IMG/VR virus record: IMGVR_UViG_3300048583_000524
Coordinates: 1 to 50,602 of that record
Reading direction: 5' to 3' (one strand)
Length of the DNA: 50,602 nucleotides
Source: a virus
Taxonomy: Duplodnaviria; Caudoviricetes
The notes beneath the pieces were generated by a model. It saw only the letters and a list, made by a program, of their open reading frames with translations, was not told where the DNA came from and did not search any database. The translations under genes were made by a program, and so were the position numbers. Positions 1 through 9,753 of the stretch are shown here, in pieces. The first letter of the stretch is position 1; each line of letters begins with the position of its first letter.

Positions 1-90
1 CGGAATAAATGTAGGATACAGATTTACGACAGAATGATCGAAGTGAACGGTACCCATTGTAATGAATACAGTTTAAAACCCTTTGAATAA
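1..90 (+). CDS. 3' end of a small ORF, possibly a winged-helix DNA-binding protein (partial)
   Basis: Frame 1 open from the window edge: RNKCRIQIYDRMIEVNGTHCNEYSLKPFE*; stop overlaps next ATG (TAATG). Confidence 0.45.
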   Translation, partial: RNKCRIQIYDRMIEVNGTHCNEYSLKPFE

Positions 91-197
91 TGGATGCAAA
101 TTTTTTATATGCTGTAATAGCATCCGGCTTTTGGGTATGGATAGTAATTGAATTTCTAAACCCGGAAACTGATGATGATGACTTTTTCAATTCTTAA
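90..197 (+). CDS. 35-aa single-pass membrane peptide
   Basis: MDANFLYAVIASGFWVWIVIEFLNPETDDDDFFNS*; TAATG coupling to upstream ORF; below ORF-track cut-off. Confidence 0.5.
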   Translation: MDANFLYAVIASGFWVWIVIEFLNPETDDDDFFNS

Positions 198-217
198 TGA
201 TATAAAGGCCTTCCAAA

Positions 218-652
218 ATGACTATAAAAAATTATACAAGTTCAATTCCTGCAAGTAGAAGCATGGCACGGATTGAAGAATTATTGGTAGAAGCCGGTGC
301 CACTGATATAAGCAAAAGTTATAGTGATGGTATTTGCTCAGCAATAAGATTTAGAATGGAAATAAATGGAATGCCTGTTTTCTTCCAATTACCTGCAAAT
401 GTTGATGCATGTTTCAACGTATTATGGGCTGGGGTTAAACGACCGCAACCGGATACAAAAAAACGACTTAAGGATCAAGCTTCCATGACTGCATGGAAAA
501 TTGTATCTGATTGGGTTGAAATACAGTTGGCTATGATAAAGCTTGAACAGGCGAAAACCCTGCAGATATTTCTGCCGTATGTATGGAACCCTGATAAAAA
601 TGAAACACTATATCATAGGATTGAAGCCAATCAAAAACTTTTATCCTGGTAA
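218..652 (+). CDS. Phage hypothetical protein
   Basis: 144-aa ORF in early operon. Confidence 0.8.
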   Translation: MTIKNYTSSIPASRSMARIEELLVEAGATDISKSYSDGICSAIRFRMEINGMPVFFQLPANVDACFNVLWAGVKRPQPDTKKRLKDQASMTAWKIVSDWVEIQLAMIKLEQAKTLQIFLPYVWNPDKNETLYHRIEANQKLLSW

Positions 653-683
653 TTTTTTTTTTAATCATCAATAAATAAAACCA

Positions 684-1238
684 ATGGCAAAAACTAAAAT
701 GAAAGTCGTGAGTGCTGACGAAACAAGCGCAACAATTACAATGGAAGAGTTGGCCGAAAAAGCAAGGGCCGTTAATAAACTTTCCGGCAGGTATGAAATA
801 AAAAAGGCCAAGCTTAAGGATGAGAACTTCCTGGAAGCAGAGTACAATGAAACGCTACAGGACAGCAGCAACACAGTGAAAAAAGATTGCACAGCAGCTG
901 TACACGCTGATCTGAAGGAAGCATTTAAGCGGATGGATAACATACTACTTAATGTTTGCGAGCAACAGGATGATAGTGTAGTGGTATGCAACGGATTTAC
1001 CATTGGCAAGGATGGATCCGGGGTAACCCTTATTGGTTACCGTGATCTTGAAAGCGGATCCGTTCTCAACCTTACTAGCCCTTACACAAAATTTGAAGAC
1101 AACGGCGATCTCGAGCATGCTATTTCAGTTGCAAAACAGGAAGTGCTTCAATACCTTTTTGAAGGTAAACATGCCCCTGATGCTCAGCTTTCCTTGTTTC
1201 CTGAAGGTGATAACGATTTAGTAGAAGAAGAATTCTAA
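684..1238 (+). CDS. Phage hypothetical protein with acidic C-terminus
   Basis: 184-aa ORF, TAATG-coupled to next gene. Confidence 0.8.
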   Translation: MAKTKMKVVSADETSATITMEELAEKARAVNKLSGRYEIKKAKLKDENFLEAEYNETLQDSSNTVKKDCTAAVHADLKEAFKRMDNILLNVCEQQDDSVVVCNGFTIGKDGSGVTLIGYRDLESGSVLNLTSPYTKFEDNGDLEHAISVAKQEVLQYLFEGKHAPDAQLSLFPEGDNDLVEEEF

Positions 1239-1492
1239 TGACAACGCCTGATATACTGGACGATATCTTCAAGGAGCTGGCACGCGCAAAGAAAAAGCAT
1301 CCCAACTGGCCGGACCACCCGGCTGGCCAGGCTGGGATTGTGTGTGAAGAATCAGGCGAATTGATGAAGGCTTGTTTGCAGAAAAAATACCAGAGAAAAG
1401 AACTAACTGATAATGAACATCGCAGACGAATGCGGTCAGAAGCAATTCAAGTTGTTGTCACTGCAATTCGCTTTTTAGAAAATCTTAAATAA
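1238..1492 (+). CDS. MazG-like (all-alpha NTP pyrophosphohydrolase) protein
   Basis: EESGE...EAIQ acidic helix pattern typical of the MazG-like fold. Confidence 0.55.
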   Translation: MTTPDILDDIFKELARAKKKHPNWPDHPAGQAGIVCEESGELMKACLQKKYQRKELTDNEHRRRMRSEAIQVVVTAIRFLENLK

Positions 1493-1509
1493 CAATTCAA
1501 ATAATTATT

Positions 1510-3321
1510 ATGTCGACATTTCAAGATTTATCAATCGTTTCAGTACTTCCTGACCCAAAGCAGCCACGGAAGTATTACGATGATGTGGCTATGGAAGAAC
1601 TGGTGGCCAGTGTAAAAACACATGGAGTAATTCAACCTATCCTTGTAAGGCCTGATACAGACGGATTTATGATCGTTGCCGGTGAACGCAGGTATAGGGC
1701 AAGTTTGTCCGCAGGTTTGGAAACCATTCCAGCCACTATTCGTAACCTTACTGATGAACAGGCTCTGGAAATCCAAATTACAGAGAACCTTCTTCGCAAA
1801 GATGTGCATCCGTTAGAAGAAGCGGTTGGCTTCAAAAGCTTGTATGAAAACCTTTCCATTGAACAGATCAGCAACCGGGTGGGTAAATCACAAGGATTTG
1901 TTGCAAAGCGGATAAAGCTGGCTGAATTAGTTGAAGATGCTCAAACTATTTTCTTCCGTGGGCATATGGATTTAGAACAAGCCCAACAATTATGCAGGTT
2001 AGCTCCCGATGATCAGCAAGCAGTGTTAAAGGAGTACTTACCCAAAGATTGGAAAACAAAAAAAGGTGATTGGCATATTGGAAATATTGCGTGGTTGATA
2101 AATAAGAAGATGGTCGAACTAAAGGATGCAAAATTCAAAACCAATGATGCAAACCTTTATCCGGAAGCAGGCGCCTGTACAAAATGCCCCTACAACAGCG
2201 CAAATCAGCCGCTTCTGTTCGATGATATGAAAGGTAAGCATTGTACCAAGCCTACGTGCTTTGCCATCAAACAACAGCGGGCTATGAAAGCAAAAATGGA
2301 AGAGTTGGCCGCTAACCCTAATCTAATTTGTGTAACAAGCTACATCTATTCTGATGAAGACAAAGCGAAAGTAGCTGCAGCCAAAGAAATGGGTATTACA
2401 ATTCTCGATGATAAAATGTATGAGTCCCATTATGAGGTTGATGCTGAGTGGCCAACGTTTGAAGATTGGGTTCAGGATAACGATGATCCGGAAGATGAAG
2501 ATTATAATGAAGAAAGTGCGAGGAATGAATATGCCCGAGAGAAGAAAATATGGGAAGAAGACCTTGCAGAGCAAAATGCCGCTATTGCAGAAGGCAGGGT
2601 TATCAAAGCTTACATCATAGCCGGTAATGCTGAAGGTGAAGAGAAGCTTATTCAATTGAAATCGTCTGCAAAAGCGATGGTTGATCAAGCAACTGGCAAT
2701 GGTGATGATAGCGCCACTACCTATGAAATTGCACAAATTGAAATGCGGGAAATAAGGAATAAGCAGCTCGATGGTGAAAAAATTTGGACGGCTATCAGGG
2801 AATTGATAGGATCTGATGAAGCTGAAAAAGTATTGTTCAATACTGAGCCACTTTCTGAAACTGAAATGCTGGCCGTTGCTCATGCGATTTATGACAAAAT
2901 AAATTATTCTACCAGGCGGAAATTTGAAGACCAATTGGGAGATATCAATAAATCCGTAGCTGTTACTGATATCGGCTTAAATGTTGCCCTGCGAATTTTC
3001 CTTCTTGATGTTTTAGTAAGTGCTTATGGTAGCCATCAGGTAAATGGCTCCAAAAATGCTATAGCCTACCAGGTAATAAAAAAATACCTACCAACAGAAA
3101 TTGCTCAAATAGAAATCCAGCATCAGGAGAAAGCAGAAAAGCGACAAGCCAATATTGCAAAACGAATTGCAGCTCTCCGGAAACAATCTGAAAAAGCTAA
3201 GGAATTACCGGCTGTTGCAGAAGATGTTTTGCCTGAAGGAAATAACCTTTCTGACCAGGTAACAGATGCATTCTTCAATGCAGCAAAAGCCAAAAGCAAA
3301 AGAAAAGCAAAGGCCGATTAA
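1510..3321 (+). CDS. ParB/RepB/Spo0J family protein (long, with Cys cluster)
   Basis: QPRK, GVIQPILVR, AGERRYRA, ENLLRKDVHPLEEA motifs, HTH, CTKCPYNS...CTKPTC. Confidence 0.9.
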   Translation: MSTFQDLSIVSVLPDPKQPRKYYDDVAMEELVASVKTHGVIQPILVRPDTDGFMIVAGERRYRASLSAGLETIPATIRNLTDEQALEIQITENLLRKDVHPLEEAVGFKSLYENLSIEQISNRVGKSQGFVAKRIKLAELVEDAQTIFFRGHMDLEQAQQLCRLAPDDQQAVLKEYLPKDWKTKKGDWHIGNIAWLINKKMVELKDAKFKTNDANLYPEAGACTKCPYNSANQPLLFDDMKGKHCTKPTCFAIKQQRAMKAKMEELAANPNLICVTSYIYSDEDKAKVAAAKEMGITILDDKMYESHYEVDAEWPTFEDWVQDNDDPEDEDYNEESARNEYAREKKIWEEDLAEQNAAIAEGRVIKAYIIAGNAEGEEKLIQLKSSAKAMVDQATGNGDDSATTYEIAQIEMREIRNKQLDGEKIWTAIRELIGSDEAEKVLFNTEPLSETEMLAVAHAIYDKINYSTRRKFEDQLGDINKSVAVTDIGLNVALRIFLLDVLVSAYGSHQVNGSKNAIAYQVIKKYLPTEIAQIEIQHQEKAEKRQANIAKRIAALRKQSEKAKELPAVAEDVLPEGNNLSDQVTDAFFNAAKAKSKRKAKAD

Positions 3322-3397
3322 TTGCTTGATAAGCCACCACTCTCTTTCTATTGTTGCAGTACAATAATTTTTTAACAACAAACAAAAATCAAACACA

Positions 3398-3811
3398 ATG
3401 AAACTTGTAAAATTTGACAAAACCAATTCTGCAACTATCCGCACCAAACAAGCTGCAGTAACTGTAAAGGCTGATGGCCAAATAGTAATTAACAATGAAG
3501 CCGCTACAAAAATTGGGCTGAAGGCTGGCGATACCATTGCCATCTTCCAGGATAGTGAGACACCAACAAATTGGTACCTGGTTAAGGATAAAGACGGCTT
3601 TAAACTCCGTGCATCCGGAAAAACCAGCCCAACGTTAGTTACCGCCAATCCAACAGTTGTAAAGAACTTGCTTGCAAGCTTGAAAATTGAAAGCAAGGAT
3701 GCGGTTCGCTTCAAAATGGGAACTGAAGCTATCAAGCATGAAAAGCTTAGCCTTTTCGCAATCAATACTGCAGAGTTCAGAATCAGCGAGCGTAAAACTG
3801 CAAAAGCTTAA
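3398..3811 (+). CDS. Hypothetical protein, possibly AbrB-like or nucleic-acid-binding barrel
   Basis: 137-aa basic ORF; GQIVI...KIGLKAGD pattern. Confidence 0.65.
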   Translation: MKLVKFDKTNSATIRTKQAAVTVKADGQIVINNEAATKIGLKAGDTIAIFQDSETPTNWYLVKDKDGFKLRASGKTSPTLVTANPTVVKNLLASLKIESKDAVRFKMGTEAIKHEKLSLFAINTAEFRISERKTAKA

Positions 3812-3814
3812 GCC

Positions 3815-4699
3815 ATGCCAACAGGACGGGTAACTATACTAACCAATTCACAAATGAACTTTATCCGGAAGAACCGGCTGAAGATGAGCGGAAGCGATAT
3901 CGCCAATAAACTTGGTGTTGGTAAAGGTGTAGTTACCTGTTTCCTTCGCAGGGAAGGGTTGCAGGTACCAAAGGAATTGGTTCACAAATGGAAAGGTGAA
4001 AAGAATGCACGAAGGTCAACCAGTGACACAAAAACAGATAGCTACCTGAAGCGCAATTACCTTAAAGTTCCTAGCAAGCGGATGGCTGAACATATTGGCC
4101 GTAGCGATACATTCGTAAGGACCCGGCTTCGCCAATTGGGGTTGATCATTCCTGCTGATATCATCCTGCAAAGAAAAATTGACAGCCGCATCAAACCCGG
4201 TACTATTCCCCCGAACAAAGGCAAACGAATGTCAAAAAGCCAATATAAAAAGTGTATGGCTACGATGTTCAAGAAAGGGAATATTCCACCTAATACAAAA
4301 ATGCGTGATGGTGTAATCTCCATCCGTAATGATAAGCGTGGAGTTCCTTACAAACACATAAGGGTAAGTATGGGTGTATGGATACCTTATCATCGATACC
4401 GTTGGGAAATGTTTCGTGGTCCAATTCCAGCCGGCCACTGCATTTGGTTTAAGGATGGTAATTCGCTTAATACCAAACTCGAGAACCTTGAACTGATTAC
4501 ACGAAAGGAAAACATGAGTAGAAATACCATTGCCCGTTATCCTTCTGAAATCCAAAGTGCAATTCATAAATTAAAAAAACTTCAAAAATCAATTACATCA
4601 TGCGAAACAAAATTGGAGACCTCACAGACCATCTCTTCGCGCAAATCGAAAGGCTCAACGACGAAGACCTTAAAGGCGAAGAACTACAGAAAGAAATAA
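3815..4699 (+). CDS. HNH endonuclease (HNH_3-like) with N-terminal HTH repeats
   Basis: HRYRWEMFRGPIPAGHCIWFKDGNSLNTKLENLELITRKENM and FKKGNIPPN motifs; C-terminus overlaps next gene by 100 nt. Confidence 0.85.
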   Translation: MPTGRVTILTNSQMNFIRKNRLKMSGSDIANKLGVGKGVVTCFLRREGLQVPKELVHKWKGEKNARRSTSDTKTDSYLKRNYLKVPSKRMAEHIGRSDTFVRTRLRQLGLIIPADIILQRKIDSRIKPGTIPPNKGKRMSKSQYKKCMATMFKKGNIPPNTKMRDGVISIRNDKRGVPYKHIRVSMGVWIPYHRYRWEMFRGPIPAGHCIWFKDGNSLNTKLENLELITRKENMSRNTIARYPSEIQSAIHKLKKLQKSITSCETKLETSQTISSRKSKGSTTKTLKAKNYRKK

Positions 4700-4842
4700 A
4701 CAGGGGTAAGGCGATGGCAGCTCTAGCCACACCTATTGTGAATGCCGCAAAAATTACTGTTGATGCGGCAAAATTGGTTGGAAGGGGCGATACGAAGAAA
4801 AGAGACATGCTACTTATTTACGGCAAAACTGAAACAGAGTAA
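4600..4842 (+). CDS. Conserved small phage protein
   Basis: MRNKIGDLTDHLFAQIERLNDEDL...EINR, a common neighbour of phage HNH genes. Confidence 0.8.
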   Translation: MRNKIGDLTDHLFAQIERLNDEDLKGEELQKEINRGKAMAALATPIVNAAKITVDAAKLVGRGDTKKRDMLLIYGKTETE

Positions 4843-6512
4843 TGACTATCACTGCAACCAAACATGATTTTATAATAAGCTTCAATTTCCATGCGGGAAT
4901 TATTGCCGATGTTAAGGCAATTGATGGCCGCTGGTTTGATCGGGAATCCCGAGCATGGCATGTACCTGCAAGCGAAAGTGAAGCAGTTGAAAACCTGAGG
5001 CGAAAGTATCATTACCTGGTACCGAGCACAACAATGCAAGCTTCTGAATTTATTGGGAATATTCCCGATCTGCCTGAATTGAAAATTGACATACCCCTAA
5101 AGCGCAATTTGTTCGCTTATCAGCGCAAGGGCGTTGCGCGTAGCATGGAACTAAAGCGGTTTATTAATGGCGATGAACCCGGATTAGGAAAAACGGGCCA
5201 GGCAATAGCAACGCTTCATGGTGCGGCTTTACGGGGTGAACAGACGTTTCCATGCCTTATCATTTGCCCAAAATCACTAAAAGAGAATTGGGCCCGGGAA
5301 TGGGCGATTTGGACGGATAGAAAGGCAATCGTTCTTCGTGACAGCATGCGTAATACCTGGAGCCAATATTTACGTACCGGTTTGGCTGATGTGCTGATTG
5401 TTAATTACGAAAGCCTTAAAAAGTATTTCGTTGCATCAATTAATAAGCCGGATGATGCTGCACTGTCACTTAAGTATGTAAAGTTTAAGGAGCCAATTAA
5501 TCTCTTCAAATCTGTGGTAATAGATGAACTCCATAAATGCAAGGACAATGGAACACAACAAAGTAAGTTTACGAAAGGGCTTAGCAGTGGTAAGGAATGG
5601 ATTTTAGGACTTACAGGAACGCCTGTCGTAAACAAGCCCAAGGACCTGATTTCCCAACTAGCCATAATTGACCGGCTGGGAGACATTGGGGGTTACAAAT
5701 TCTTCATGAACCGGTATTGCGGTGGCAATGGATCCGGAGCCACCAATCTTAAAGAGCTCCAATATCGATTGGCAACAACCTGCTTTTTCCAAAGGCAGAA
5801 AAAGGATGTGTTAACCGATTTGCCAGATAAGATGCGGCAAATAATCCTTTGTGATATCACAACCCAGAAAGAGTATCAGGATGCTATAAAAGATTTAAGT
5901 AATTACCTGCGCGATTACAAAAGCAAAACTGAATCAGAAGTAGAAAAATCCATGAGAGGTGAGATCATGGTGAAAATTGGCATTTGTAAAAATATCAGTG
6001 CAAGGGGTAAACTGAATGAAGTTACTGAGTATGTAAATGAAGTAATTGAATCAGGGCAAAAGATTGTTGTATTTATCCATCAAAAAGAAATTGCAGAAGC
6101 CTTACTTAAAATATATCCGCATGCTGTTACCATTCGTGGTAGCGATAGCACGGATGCCAGGCAAAGTAATGTGGACCGGTTTCAAAAGGATCCAAAATGT
6201 AATATCATCATCTGCAATATTAAAGCCGGGGGTGTAGGTATTACCCTTACCGCATCATCGCGTGTGGCTTTCGTAGAACTGCCCTGGCATGCTGCAGATG
6301 CAAACCAATGTGAAGACCGCTGTCATCGTATCGGGCAAAAAGGATCTGTTCAATGTACCTACTTCCTGGGTGGTGGCACTATCGATGAAGACATCTATAA
6401 AATTATCGAGAAAAAGCGTGAAGTGGCTAACAGCATTACCGGAAGTGAAGATGATGTACAAAAGGAAATAATTGACAGGATTGCAGAATCATTATTCAAT
6501 ACGAAGGCATAG
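4842..6512 (+). CDS. SNF2-family helicase with N-terminal HARP-like domain
   Basis: DEPGLGKT (I), DELH (II), LTGTP (III), GGVGITLT (V), QCEDRCHRIGQ (VI); N-terminal IDGRWFDRESRAWHVP. Confidence 0.93.
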   Translation: MTITATKHDFIISFNFHAGIIADVKAIDGRWFDRESRAWHVPASESEAVENLRRKYHYLVPSTTMQASEFIGNIPDLPELKIDIPLKRNLFAYQRKGVARSMELKRFINGDEPGLGKTGQAIATLHGAALRGEQTFPCLIICPKSLKENWAREWAIWTDRKAIVLRDSMRNTWSQYLRTGLADVLIVNYESLKKYFVASINKPDDAALSLKYVKFKEPINLFKSVVIDELHKCKDNGTQQSKFTKGLSSGKEWILGLTGTPVVNKPKDLISQLAIIDRLGDIGGYKFFMNRYCGGNGSGATNLKELQYRLATTCFFQRQKKDVLTDLPDKMRQIILCDITTQKEYQDAIKDLSNYLRDYKSKTESEVEKSMRGEIMVKIGICKNISARGKLNEVTEYVNEVIESGQKIVVFIHQKEIAEALLKIYPHAVTIRGSDSTDARQSNVDRFQKDPKCNIIICNIKAGGVGITLTASSRVAFVELPWHAADANQCEDRCHRIGQKGSVQCTYFLGGGTIDEDIYKIIEKKREVANSITGSEDDVQKEIIDRIAESLFNTKA

Positions 6513-6516
6513 GGAT

Positions 6517-6903
6517 ATGGGACATACTCGGGAGAAAATACTTAGGATAATTCAAAACAATGAAAGTGGAGGCGATATTCTAAGGCTTCTCAATAAAAGA
6601 TTAGATGCGTTTTTGGATTGGGCGATTTGTGATGGGAATTATTCAAATGAAATGGATATAGTAAATGTTTGGATCACCTTCGAAAAGTCTATTCCGAGAT
6701 TTCCTTCAAGAAAGCTCAGGGAAAAAATACTGGTTAAATTTAATTTTATCTGCCAATACTGCGGAGCCACTGAAAGTAAATGTATTGACCATATAATTCC
6801 TTATTCATTAGGGGGTAAAACGCTTGAAGAAAATCTTCAAGTATTGTGTAAAAGTTGTAATAGCAAAAAAAGAGATAAGGTAGGATATGAACTATATAAC
6901 TGA
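6517..6903 (+). CDS. HNH endonuclease
   Basis: CQYCG...IDHIIPYSLGG...NLQVLCKSCNSKK; ATG at 6517 preferred to the ORF-track start. Confidence 0.9.
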   Translation: MGHTREKILRIIQNNESGGDILRLLNKRLDAFLDWAICDGNYSNEMDIVNVWITFEKSIPRFPSRKLREKILVKFNFICQYCGATESKCIDHIIPYSLGGKTLEENLQVLCKSCNSKKRDKVGYELYN

Positions 6904-7678
6904 AATTAACAGGTTCTACGATTGGCTCGAAACGAATCAGGTTCCAAAATCGGCAATTGCCCTATGGCATAGTATGATGCACATAGCAAATAAAACAGGA
7001 TGGGAACAGACATTCACGGTAGCTATATCAACCATTGAATCTAAAACAGGATTCAAACGGTCAGAACTTTTTGAAGCAAGAAATATTTTGACGCAAAAGG
7101 GAAGAATTAATTGGCGTCAACGTGGTGGAAATCTTTGTGCGGAATATGAAATAATTCCCTTTTGCGTCCATAATACGGACGCAAACCCGGACGCAAATGG
7201 TAACACAAACCCGGACGCAAATGGTAACACAAACCCGACGCAAAGGCCTACTATTAGTAAACTAAAGAATAATAAACTAAACAGTAATACTTCCGGTTCT
7301 AAAGAACCGGCACATTGGAAAAAAATTATTGATATCTGGTTTAGTTTTTACGCTGAAAATATTTCCGATGAACATGGCGAACCAGCGCTACCTGTTTTCA
7401 ATGCCGTCCAAGGATCCCATCTTAAAAAAATAATTGCCGCCTTAACCAAAAAAGCAAAGGAAAAAAATCAGGAATGGACCGAAGATTATGCCTGCAGAAC
7501 TTTTAAGCGCTTCCTGGAACTTGGGTGGAAGCATGATGATTGGATGAAACAAAACTTTGAACTCGCAAATCTTCTTTCAAAATTTAATTCAATAACAAAT
7601 TCAACTCCTACAAATGGACCAACTAAAAAATTTAATGGAAAAATCCCCGAAAAAATCGATTATTCCAAATCTATATGA
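6887..7678 (+). CDS. Phage replication initiator (lambda O/DnaD-like architecture)
   Basis: N-terminal winged helix (MNYITEINRF...ALWHSMMH), central repeat linker, directly upstream of a loader ATPase. Confidence 0.8.
   Translation: MNYITEINRFYDWLETNQVPKSAIALWHSMMHIANKTGWEQTFTVAISTIESKTGFKRSELFEARNILTQKGRINWRQRGGNLCAEYEIIPFCVHNTDANPDANGNTNPDANGNTNPTQRPTISKLKNNKLNSNTSGSKEPAHWKKIIDIWFSFYAENISDEHGEPALPVFNAVQGSHLKKIIAALTKKAKEKNQEWTEDYACRTFKRFLELGWKHDDWMKQNFELANLLSKFNSITNSTPTNGPTKKFNGKIPEKIDYSKSI
7161..7290 (+). repeat. Putative replication origin: iterons plus AT-rich tract
   Basis: 24-nt unit CAAACCCGGACGCAAATGGTAACA at 7182-7205 and 7206-7229, partial at 7230-7244; core GACGCAAA x4; inverted copy TTTGCGTCC at 7161-7169; AT-rich 7251-7290. 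Confidence 0.75.
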
Positions 7679-8435
7679 TAATGTTGATTTAACTCAATCT
7701 GAAATTGATTCAGCAATTGCTGATGCTAAAATTAAAAAGTATTGGCAGTTAAAAGACGAAAGGGAACGACTGCAAAAAATAGAACTGTTTAAAGAGCTTA
7801 CCAGGCCTTGGAGTGCAGATGAATTAAAAAAAGTAGCACTTGGAAGGGCAAATACATTGGTGAAAAAATCAGGGAAAGAATATTTTGAATTGGATGAGTT
7901 CTCACAACCGGTATTTGATCTGCTTTGCCTTTACTTTTCAAATGATCCAAAATTTGAAGAACATGGCTACAGCCTTCATAAAGGTAATTTACTGATTGGT
8001 GAAGTGGGGGTAGGTAAAACAGAGATGCTTCGTGCATTTGAATATAACAAAAGGCAATGCTTCAAAATGATTACCTGCAGCCAGATAAGCCTTAAGGTTG
8101 ATGAAAATGGAAGTGACTATTGGAAAACATACACAGGTTATATACCCGGCCATGGTAATACTCAGGATTATTATTATCAACCAAATGTTGGATGGTTGTT
8201 TGATGAATTTGGTACTGAGGAGCCAATCAACTGCTATGGAACTAGGGTAGATCCACTTTTCAATATCATTCAAACTCGTTATAACAAAAGAGATAGCGTT
8301 CCATTTTCAAGCCTTCACATGACATCCAATTTAAATGGTGAAATGATGCAGCATAGATATGGGGCACACATCAGGAGCCGGGTAAGAGAAATGTTTAACG
8401 TTATAAAAATTGATGGGGTTGATAGAAGAAAGTAA
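7614..8435 (+). CDS. P-loop ATPase, DnaC/IstB-like helicase loader
   Basis: Walker A GEVGVGKT, Walker B WLFDEFG, TSNL...RYG..IRSRVREM. Confidence 0.88.
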   Translation: MDQLKNLMEKSPKKSIIPNLYDNVDLTQSEIDSAIADAKIKKYWQLKDERERLQKIELFKELTRPWSADELKKVALGRANTLVKKSGKEYFELDEFSQPVFDLLCLYFSNDPKFEEHGYSLHKGNLLIGEVGVGKTEMLRAFEYNKRQCFKMITCSQISLKVDENGSDYWKTYTGYIPGHGNTQDYYYQPNVGWLFDEFGTEEPINCYGTRVDPLFNIIQTRYNKRDSVPFSSLHMTSNLNGEMMQHRYGAHIRSRVREMFNVIKIDGVDRRK

Positions 8436-8488
8436 TTAATCACGCCAAAAGGCTGGCGATAATCAACAATCTACAAAAAAGTTAAGCC

Positions 8489-8824
8489 ATGAAAAACATT
8501 TACGTAAACGGCCAATGGGAAGCGCTTGATGGTGAGTATGAGTGTCGCCTTGATCATGCTTACCTGCGAATAAAGGGATGGAAGAAACTGTACTTTAAAA
8601 AGAATAGCACCAAGCCGGCCACCATTCGCCTGCTGATTGATACAAAAGGACCAAGCCAGGATTGGTGGAAACACTGGATCCAGCTTTTTCGGGATGGCAA
8701 GCTGGTGGACCGCTTTCGCATTCGCGACGAAGCAAGCGACACTTTCAGCCGCAATCTGCCTGAGGAAAACGTTGACGGCAACTACATCTACATCATTGAA
8801 AAATTTGAACCAGAAAAAAACTAG
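8489..8824 (+). CDS. Hypothetical protein
   Basis: 111-aa ORF, appears more GC-rich than neighbours. Confidence 0.65.
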   Translation: MKNIYVNGQWEALDGEYECRLDHAYLRIKGWKKLYFKKNSTKPATIRLLIDTKGPSQDWWKHWIQLFRDGKLVDRFRIRDEASDTFSRNLPEENVDGNYIYIIEKFEPEKN

Positions 8825-8894
8825 AAATCTTTTGAGAAAATCGGTTATTAATAATCAAACGATAATTAAAAATTTAAATCAAAATACCAACATT

Positions 8895-9464
8895 ATGAAA
8901 ATTGGAACAAAATCAGTTTTATTCGGAGCTCATTGTTTTATCATCCACCCATGGTTTGTTGCATTCGCCTGGTGGAAATTGTATGGTTTCCCATTTGATC
9001 CCCGGCTATGGGTAGCATTCTTTGTGCATGACATTGGATATCTCGGAAAGCCGAACATGGATGGAGATGAAGGAGAATTGCATCCATACCGTGGAGCTTG
9101 TATAATGGGTGCATTGTTTGGCAAAAAATGGTTTGACTTTACGCTGTATCATTCCAGATTTCTTTCAAAGAAAAATGGAGCGCAATACTCCCGGCTGTGC
9201 GTTGCTGATAAGTTAGCAATTGGAATAACTCCATCATGGCTGTATTTGCCTATGGTGCGAGCAACCGGAGAAATACATGAGTATATGAAGGATGCTGAAA
9301 GGAACTCAGGTGGAAAGATTAAGGTTCAGCAATCACAGAAAGTTTGGTATAGAGAAGTGCAGTTATATGTAAAAAATTGGGTGAAAGAACACAAAGAAAT
9401 AAAGGAAGATACATGGACACCTTCTTCACGGGTGGCTATTAACAAGGAGGGAGTTTGGCAGTAA
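8895..9464 (+). CDS. HD-domain-like phage protein
   Basis: Start MKIGTKS at 8895; H...VHDIG...H...YHS...ADKL spacing typical of HD phosphohydrolases. Confidence 0.65.
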   Translation: MKIGTKSVLFGAHCFIIHPWFVAFAWWKLYGFPFDPRLWVAFFVHDIGYLGKPNMDGDEGELHPYRGACIMGALFGKKWFDFTLYHSRFLSKKNGAQYSRLCVADKLAIGITPSWLYLPMVRATGEIHEYMKDAERNSGGKIKVQQSQKVWYREVQLYVKNWVKEHKEIKEDTWTPSSRVAINKEGVWQ

Positions 9465-9504
9465 GGATGTAGAAGAATTTAACCAATTTAACTAAAAACA
9501 ATTA

Positions 9505-9753
9505 ATGTGGAGCCTTGAACTACATATAAAACAAAGTTACAATGCTGCTTCCCAGCAGTTTGAAACCGGAGCAAATGATGTATTTGATTCCTGGCATATA
9601 ATCGAATCGGTGGAAACCTATTCAGAAAAACACCAATGGGAAAAAATGGCTGAATGGAAAATGAAGCACAACCTTGACAGTTCAGATAACAATCATTTTT
9701 TCTGCCTTAGCAGATTAAGTCATGGAGTAAATGAGTTCAATGAAGAAAAATAA
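9505..9753 (+). CDS. Hypothetical protein
   Basis: 82-aa ORF in operon. Confidence 0.6.
   Translation: MWSLELHIKQSYNAASQQFETGANDVFDSWHIIESVETYSEKHQWEKMAEWKMKHNLDSSDNNHFFCLSRLSHGVNEFNEEK

Noticed and set aside
4600-4699. 100-nt overlap of HNH C-terminus with the next gene as a recoding site
   Set aside because: The tail is low-information and best explained by a lost stop codon; no slippery or stimulatory signal identified
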